DNA of 64,000 nucleotides from an uncultured Bacilli bacterium (GTDB lineage Bacteria; Bacillota_I; Bacilli_A; RF39; UBA660): NCBI GenBank assembly GCA_947631295.1, contig CANRKU010000002.1, positions 10,274 to 74,273 of the forward strand, read 5' to 3'. Shown piece by piece: positions 58,888 to 64,000 of this stretch (position 1 is its first letter; each line of letters starts with the position of its first letter). The notes under the pieces were generated by a model. It saw only the letters and a program-made list of their open reading frames with translations, ran no database searches and was not told where the DNA came from. The position numbers and the translations under genes were made by a program.

Positions 58888-59427
58888 ATGAACCGCCTAA
58901 AAGAAAAATATCTTAATGAAGTAGTTCCAAGCTTAAAAGAAAAACATGGTTATAAGTCAATCATGGAAGTTCCAAAATTAGAAAAAATTGTAATTAATAT
59001 GGGTGTAGGAGATGCTACATCAAACTCTAAATTATTAGAAGCAGCAGTAAAAGATCTAGAAGTAATTTCAGGACAAAAACCAGTAATTACCAAAGCTAGA
59101 AAATCAATTGCTGGATTCAAAGTAAGAGAAGGTCAATCTATCGGATGTAAAGTAACATTACGTGGAGATAACATGTATAACTTTATGGACAAATTAATTT
59201 CTATTGCCCTTCCTCGTGTAAGAGACTTTAGAGGAGTATCTTCTAAAGCATTTGATGGAAGAGGAAACTATACAATGGGAATTAAAGAACAATTAATCTT
59301 CTCAGAAATTGATTATGATAATGTTGTTAAAGTTCGTGGTATGGATATCGTGTTCGTTACAACAGCAAAATCTAATGAAGAAGCTTTTGACTTATTAAAT
59401 GAACTTGGAATTCCTTTTAGAAAGTAA
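58888..59427 (+). CDS. rplE: 50S ribosomal protein L5
   Basis: [16 protein letters not shown]...[16 protein letters not shown]. Confidence 0.95.
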   Translation: MNRLKEKYLNEVVPSLKEKHGYKSIMEVPKLEKIVINMGVGDATSNSKLLEAAVKDLEVISGQKPVITKARKSIAGFKVREGQSIGCKVTLRGDNMYNFMDKLISIALPRVRDFRGVSSKAFDGRGNYTMGIKEQLIFSEIDYDNVVKVRGMDIVFVTTAKSNEEAFDLLNELGIPFRK

Positions 59428-59439
59428 TAGGAGGATATT

Positions 59440-59625
59440 ATGGCAAAGAAAAGTATGATCGTAAAAGCTAATCGCAAACAAAAATTTAAAGTTCGTGAAT
59501 ATACTCGTTGCGAAAGATGTGGAAGACCTCATGCAGTAATGAGTAAATTTGGAATTTGTCGTATTTGTTTTAGAGAATTAGCAAGTAAAGGACAAATACC
59601 AGGTGTTAAAAAATCAAGCTGGTAG
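59440..59625 (+). CDS. rpsN: 30S ribosomal protein S14 type Z (zinc-binding, 61 aa)
   Basis: C-x2-C...C-x2-C ([23 protein letters not shown]). Confidence 0.93.
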   Translation: MAKKSMIVKANRKQKFKVREYTRCERCGRPHAVMSKFGICRICFRELASKGQIPGVKKSSW

Positions 59626-59647
59626 GACTTAGGAAGGAGGATTTATT

Positions 59648-60049
59648 ATGGCTGTAGTTACAGATACAATCGCAGACATGCTAACAAGAATTCGTAATGC
59701 AAATAGTATGCGTTATACTGAAGTTAAAGTACCTGCTTCTAAACTAAAATTAGAATTAGCTAGAATTTTAAAAGAAGAAGGATTTATCAAAGATTATAAA
59801 GTATTAGAAGAAACTGCTCAAGGTATGATTCTACTTACTTTAAAATATGGACAAAACAAAGAAAGAGTTATCTCAGGACTTAAAAGAATTTCTAAACCAG
59901 GTCTTAGAGTTTATGCAAAGAAAGATGAAATTCCTAAAGTATTAAATGGATTAGGAATTGCTATCATTTCAACATCAAAAGGAATTATGACAGATAAAGA
60001 AGCAAGAAAACAAGGTTTAGGTGGAGAAGTTTTAGCTTATATTTGGTAA
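59648..60049 (+). CDS. rpsH: 30S ribosomal protein S8
   Basis: [15 protein letters not shown]-terminus. Confidence 0.95.
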   Translation: MAVVTDTIADMLTRIRNANSMRYTEVKVPASKLKLELARILKEEGFIKDYKVLEETAQGMILLTLKYGQNKERVISGLKRISKPGLRVYAKKDEIPKVLNGLGIAIISTSKGIMTDKEARKQGLGGEVLAYIW

Positions 60050-60075
60050 AAAACATTATATAAGGAGGTGCAAGT

Positions 60076-60612
60076 ATGAGCCGTATTGGTAATAGAAAAA
60101 TTGTAGTACCTAGTGGTGTTACGGTAACAAATGAAAATAATCATGTTACAGTAAAAGGACCAAAAGGAGAATTATCATTAGAATTAGTAAAAGGAATTAC
60201 TGTTACAATAGAAGAAAATACTTTAACAGTAAGTCGCCCTGATGATGAAAAAGCTACAAAAGCAATGCATGGAACAACCAATGCTAACATTCACAATATG
60301 ATTGAGGGTGTAACCCAAGGTTTCACAAAAGGACTAGAAATTATTGGTGTAGGTTACCGTTTCAATGTAAAAGGTAATACTCTAGTAATTAATGCTGGAT
60401 ATTCTCATCCAGTAGAATTAACAGTTCCAACAGGATTATCTGTAGAATTAGTTTCTAATACAGAAATTAATGTAAAAGGAATTGATAAAGTTTTAGTTGG
60501 TAAATTTGCAGCTGAAATTAGAAGTGTAAGAGAACCAGAACCATATAAAGGTAAAGGTATTCGTTATAAAGATGAATATGTTCGTCGTAAAGAAGGAAAG
60601 AAAGCTGCTTAA
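60076..60612 (+). CDS. rplF: 50S ribosomal protein L6
   Basis: [17 protein letters not shown].... Confidence 0.95.
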   Translation: MSRIGNRKIVVPSGVTVTNENNHVTVKGPKGELSLELVKGITVTIEENTLTVSRPDDEKATKAMHGTTNANIHNMIEGVTQGFTKGLEIIGVGYRFNVKGNTLVINAGYSHPVELTVPTGLSVELVSNTEINVKGIDKVLVGKFAAEIRSVREPEPYKGKGIRYKDEYVRRKEGKKAA

Positions 60613-60638
60613 TAAATAAGTAGAAGGAGGGTTTACTT

Positions 60639-60995
60639 ATGATTAATAAAGTATCTCGTAATCAAATGCGTGTAATGAGACATGAAAGAGTTCGTTCAAA
60701 AATCTTTGGAACTACTGAAATACCTAGATTATGCGTATTTAGATCAAATAAAAATATTAGTTGTCAAATTATTGATGATGAAAATGGTATTACTTTAGCA
60801 AGTGCTTCATCATTGAGTCTAAAACTTAAAAATGGTGGAAATATAGAAGCTGCAACACAAGTTGGAAAGAAAATTGCAGAAGAAGCTAAAAAGGCAAAAA
60901 TTACTAAAGTAGTATTTGATAGAGGTGGATACCTTTATCATGGACGTGTAGAAGCATTAGCAACAGCTGCACGTGAAAATGGATTAGAATTCTAA
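60639..60995 (+). CDS. rplR: 50S ribosomal protein L18
   Basis: [23 protein letters not shown] pattern. Confidence 0.93.
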   Translation: MINKVSRNQMRVMRHERVRSKIFGTTEIPRLCVFRSNKNISCQIIDDENGITLASASSLSLKLKNGGNIEAATQVGKKIAEEAKKAKITKVVFDRGGYLYHGRVEALATAARENGLEF

Positions 60996-61008
60996 TAGGA
61001 GGGTATTT

Positions 61009-61518
61009 ATGCAAAATAAAAATGTTGACCCTAAACAAAAACAATATGAAGAATTAGTTGTTGAAGTAAAATCTGTTGTTAAAGTTAACAAAGGTGGACG
61101 TCAAAGAAGATTCTCTGCATGTGTTGTTGTTGGGGATAGAAAAGGTCAAGTTGGATTAGGTATTGGAAAAGCAAACGAAGTACCTGATGCAATTAAAAAA
61201 GCAATTCAAGCTGCCAATAAAAATATCGTTAAAATACCTTTAGTTGATGGAAGAACAATTCAACATGAAGTAACTGGAGTTAACGGTGCAGCAAAAGTAT
61301 TCTTAAAACCTGCTGCAGCTGGTACTGGAGTTATTGCTGGTGGAGCTGTTCGTGCTGTATTAGAACTTGCTGGAGTAAAAGACATTTTATCTAAATCACT
61401 TGGATCTCGTACTAAATTAAACATGGCTACCGCTACAATTAATGCTTTAAAATCAGTAAAATCTATAGAAGAAGTTGCAAAACTTAGAGGAAAAACGAAA
61501 GAGGAGATTTTAGGATAA
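61009..61518 (+). CDS. rpsE: 30S ribosomal protein S5
   Basis: [36 protein letters not shown] pattern. Confidence 0.95.
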   Translation: MQNKNVDPKQKQYEELVVEVKSVVKVNKGGRQRRFSACVVVGDRKGQVGLGIGKANEVPDAIKKAIQAANKNIVKIPLVDGRTIQHEVTGVNGAAKVFLKPAAAGTGVIAGGAVRAVLELAGVKDILSKSLGSRTKLNMATATINALKSVKSIEEVAKLRGKTKEEILG

Positions 61519-61961
61519 TGAAATTACATGAATTAGTAGCAAATGAAGGAGCAACTCAAGCTAAAAAAAGAGTTGGTCGTGGATCAGGTAGCGGTTTAGG
61601 AAAAACAAGTGGAAAAGGACAAAAGGGTCAAAAAGCACGTAGTGGTGGAGGAAAAGGAGCAACATTTGAAGGTGGACAATTACCACTATACAGACGTTTA
61701 CCAAAACGTGGATTTTCAAATAGCAAGTTTAAAACAGTTTATGCAACAATTAACTTAAGTGATTTAAATAGATTTGAAGATGGTACAGTTGTAAATCCAG
61801 CTTTATTAAAAGAAGTAGGATTAGTAAAAAAAGAATTAGATGGAATTAAAGTACTTGGAAATGGAACTTTAGAAAAGAAATTAACTATTCAAGCAAAAAA
61901 ATTCTCATCTAGTGCATTAGAAAAAATTGAAAAGAGCGGAAGTAAAGCTGAGGTGATCTAA
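61518..61961 (+). CDS. rplO: 50S ribosomal protein L15
   Basis: MKLHEL....GA...KKRVGRG.GSG.GKT.GKG.KGQK.R.G pattern. Starts at the base where rpsE ends; no rpmD lies between them. Confidence 0.93.
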   Translation: MKLHELVANEGATQAKKRVGRGSGSGLGKTSGKGQKGQKARSGGGKGATFEGGQLPLYRRLPKRGFSNSKFKTVYATINLSDLNRFEDGTVVNPALLKEVGLVKKELDGIKVLGNGTLEKKLTIQAKKFSSSALEKIEKSGSKAEVI

Positions 61962-61962
61962 T

Positions 61963-63243
61963 GTGTTTCATACAATGAAACAGTTATTTGCACCAACGAA
62001 TAAAGATTTAAGAAAAAGAATTTTATTTACGCTCGGTGCATTAATGATCTTCGTAATTGGAACTTCAATTAGAGTTCCGGGAACAGATGAAATTACAAGA
62101 AACTTAGGATTTCTTGAACTAATGAATGCTATGGGTGGAGGTTCCTTAAGAAATTTCTCAATCTTTGCATTAGGCGTTATGCCTTATATCACAGCATCCA
62201 TTATAATGCAATTACTACAATTAGATATTATTCCTTATTTTAGTGAATTAAATAAAGAAGGACCAGTTGGAAGACAAAAGATAAATCAAATTACTCGTTA
62301 TATGGGAATTATCTTTGCTTTCATTGAAGGATTTGCGTTTTCATTTGTATTCTTTAATGCAAATAGTGCAATTGAACATTTATATATCGCAACTATTTTA
62401 ACAGCTGGTACAGCTTTTACATTATGGTTAGGAGATCAAATTACTCAAAAAGGAATTGGAAATGGTATGAGCTTAATTATTATGGCAGGTATCATTAAAG
62501 AATTACCAACCATGTTTGTATTAGCATTTGAAGGATTAATTTTAGATTCATCTCTAGAATTATGGTTAGGAATATTATTATTTATCTTATTCGTAATTGT
62601 ATATTTCTTAATTGTTATTGGCGTAATTTGGGTACAAGAAGCGGATCGTAAGATTCCAATCCAATATGCTAATAAATCAACTAGTGCATATGGAAGTAAT
62701 CAATCTTATATGCCAATTAAAATTAACTCAGCAGGAGTGGTACCAGTAATTTTTGCATCAAGCTTTTTGATGATACCATCAACAATAGCGCAATTTACTG
62801 GAAAAGAAGGATTCATAAATTTCTGTAATCATTATTTGAGTTATACAACACCAGTTGGATTCTTAATCTATATCTTCTTAATTTTCTTCTTTGGATATTT
62901 CTATACATTTATCCAAATTAAACCAGAAGAATTAGCTAAGAACTTACAACAAAATGGTGGCTTTATACCAGCAGTTAGACCTGGTAAAGAAACAGAAAAT
63001 TACGTATCTAAAGTATTATCAAGATTAACAGTAGTAGGTTCCCTATTTTTGATTATTATTGCAGGACTTCCCATTTTATTTACTACATTAGTAAACTTAT
63101 CTGATAAAATAAGTTTATCTAATCAAGTAACAATCGGAGGAACTGGGTTATTAATTGTAGTAGGAGTAGCTCTTGAAACTTATAAGCAATTAGAAGGTAG
63201 TCTAGTTACTCGTAGTTATAAAAAGAGTTATCGAAGAAGATAA
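61963..63243 (+). CDS. secY: preprotein translocase subunit SecY
   Basis: 10 TM segments and conserved SecY blocks (SIFALGVMPYITASIIMQLL, GRQKINQ). GTG start, with GAGGTGA 6 nt upstream. Confidence 0.93.
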   Translation: MFHTMKQLFAPTNKDLRKRILFTLGALMIFVIGTSIRVPGTDEITRNLGFLELMNAMGGGSLRNFSIFALGVMPYITASIIMQLLQLDIIPYFSELNKEGPVGRQKINQITRYMGIIFAFIEGFAFSFVFFNANSAIEHLYIATILTAGTAFTLWLGDQITQKGIGNGMSLIIMAGIIKELPTMFVLAFEGLILDSSLELWLGILLFILFVIVYFLIVIGVIWVQEADRKIPIQYANKSTSAYGSNQSYMPIKINSAGVVPVIFASSFLMIPSTIAQFTGKEGFINFCNHYLSYTTPVGFLIYIFLIFFFGYFYTFIQIKPEELAKNLQQNGGFIPAVRPGKETENYVSKVLSRLTVVGSLFLIIIAGLPILFTTLVNLSDKISLSNQVTIGGTGLLIVVGVALETYKQLEGSLVTRSYKKSYRRR

Positions 63244-63893
63244 TGAATATTATTTTACTTGCACCACCTGCTGCTGGCAAGGGAACTCAGGCAGAAATAT
63301 TAACTGATAACTACCATTTAAATCATATTTCAACAGGAGATTTACTAAGAAGTGTATCAAAAGAAGAAAATGATTTAGGTAGAAATATTAAACAAATGAT
63401 GGAAAGTGGTTCTTTAGTAAGTGATGATATCGTATTAGAAGTATTCAACCACTACTTAGAACATACTGATAATATGAATTTATTATTAGATGGCTTTCCA
63501 AGAAATATCTATCAAGCAGAAAAATTAGATGAGATATTAAAAGAAAAAAATAGTCAAATAGATTATGTATTTCTATTTAATATTTCAAAAGAAATGCTAG
63601 TGGATAGAATAACAGGTAGAAGACTATGTGAAAGTTGCGGAAAAGTCTACAATGTCAATATAGATCCGTTAAAGCCAAAGATAGAATCAACTTGTGATAA
63701 ATGTGGTGGTAAGTTATATGCGCGTAAGGATGATAACGAAGAAACTTTCAATATTCGCTATAATGAATACCAAACTCAGACTTCTCCACTAATTACTTAT
63801 TATCAAAATAAAGGCAATCTTTATGAAATTGATAGTAGTGTTAGTAAAGAAGATACATTTAGGCAAATAGAAGAAATCTTAGGAAAGAGATGA
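63243..63893 (+). CDS. adk: adenylate kinase (zinc-lid type, atypical P-loop)
   Basis: MNIILLAPPAAGKGTQAE.., zinc lid CESCGKVYNV..CDKCGG. The P-loop reads APPAAGKGT rather than the usual GxPGxGKGT. Confidence 0.9.
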   Translation: MNIILLAPPAAGKGTQAEILTDNYHLNHISTGDLLRSVSKEENDLGRNIKQMMESGSLVSDDIVLEVFNHYLEHTDNMNLLLDGFPRNIYQAEKLDEILKEKNSQIDYVFLFNISKEMLVDRITGRRLCESCGKVYNVNIDPLKPKIESTCDKCGGKLYARKDDNEETFNIRYNEYQTQTSPLITYYQNKGNLYEIDSSVSKEDTFRQIEEILGKR

Positions 63894-64000
63894 TCAAATT
63901 GATTACTTTAAAAAGTAATAGAGAAATTGAATTACTAAAACATGCCGGTAACATCGTTTACCGTACGCATCAATACCTAAAACCTTATATAAAAGAAGGA
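63890..64000 (+). CDS. map: methionine aminopeptidase (5' portion; continues beyond the window)
   Basis: ATGA overlap with the adk stop. MIKLITLKSNREIELLKHAGNIVYRTHQYLKPYIKEG resembles a MetAP N-terminus (I..KS..EIE.MR.AG.IVA) and sits at the conserved secY-adk-map position. Confidence 0.6.
   Translation, partial: MIKLITLKSNREIELLKHAGNIVYRTHQYLKPYIKEG

Noticed and set aside
1-64000. Scan for mobile elements, CRISPR arrays, tRNA/rRNA genes and phage integrases
   Set aside because: No transposase- or integrase-like ORFs, no direct-repeat/spacer arrays and no tRNA-like cloverleaf candidates were recognised. The repeats present are all intragenic coding repeats.

Overview
This is a 64-kb window from a low-GC (about 30%) Firmicutes-type chromosome, with almost all genes on the + strand. 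The gene content (spo0A, whiA, membrane glycolipid GT4 glycosyltransferases, surface proteins held by C-terminal TM anchors rather than LPXTG) suggests an Erysipelotrichia/Clostridia-like gut bacterium; that placement is inference. No rRNA, tRNA, CRISPR array, transposase or integrase was seen.

Reading left to right, the window contains:
- A surface glycan-degrading locus: a 1682-aa secreted M60-like (enhancin-type HEIGH) zinc metallopeptidase carrying a dockerin-like module plus FN3 and F5/8-type-C-like domains. Its stop overlaps the start of a cohesin-like protein with a C-terminal TM anchor. An SDR oxidoreductase and a second secreted, C-terminally anchored hydrolase-like protein follow.
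- A 1145-aa BspA/TpLRR-type leucine-rich-repeat protein with no signal peptide, and a downstream HExxH protein.
- A three-gene GtrC/GtrB/GtrA-like polymer-glycosylation cassette.
- An M29 aminopeptidase on the minus strand.
- uvrB and uvrA separated by an inserted radical-SAM/SPASM gene and a small ORF.
- A DUF360 membrane protein, lgt, a membrane HExxH protein, yvcK, whiA and a GNAT acetyltransferase, followed by clpP on the minus strand.
- A coiled-coil protein, a TGS-uridine-kinase fusion, and a degenerate GDPD-like gene.
- A fragmented glycolytic cluster: gap, pgk, a flippase-like protein, a GT4 glycolipid synthase, tpiA, spo0A, a DUF4143 ATPase and gpmI. eno is absent.
- A 2619-aa membrane-anchored surface protein with a TTSP repeat stalk, about ten Ig-like (CHB_HEX_C-like) domains and a tandem, near-identical duplicated Gly-rich module.
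- The S10-spc-alpha ribosomal operon from rpsJ through secY, adk and the start of map. It has no rpmD.

All domain and family calls rest on motifs recognised by eye, not on database searches.
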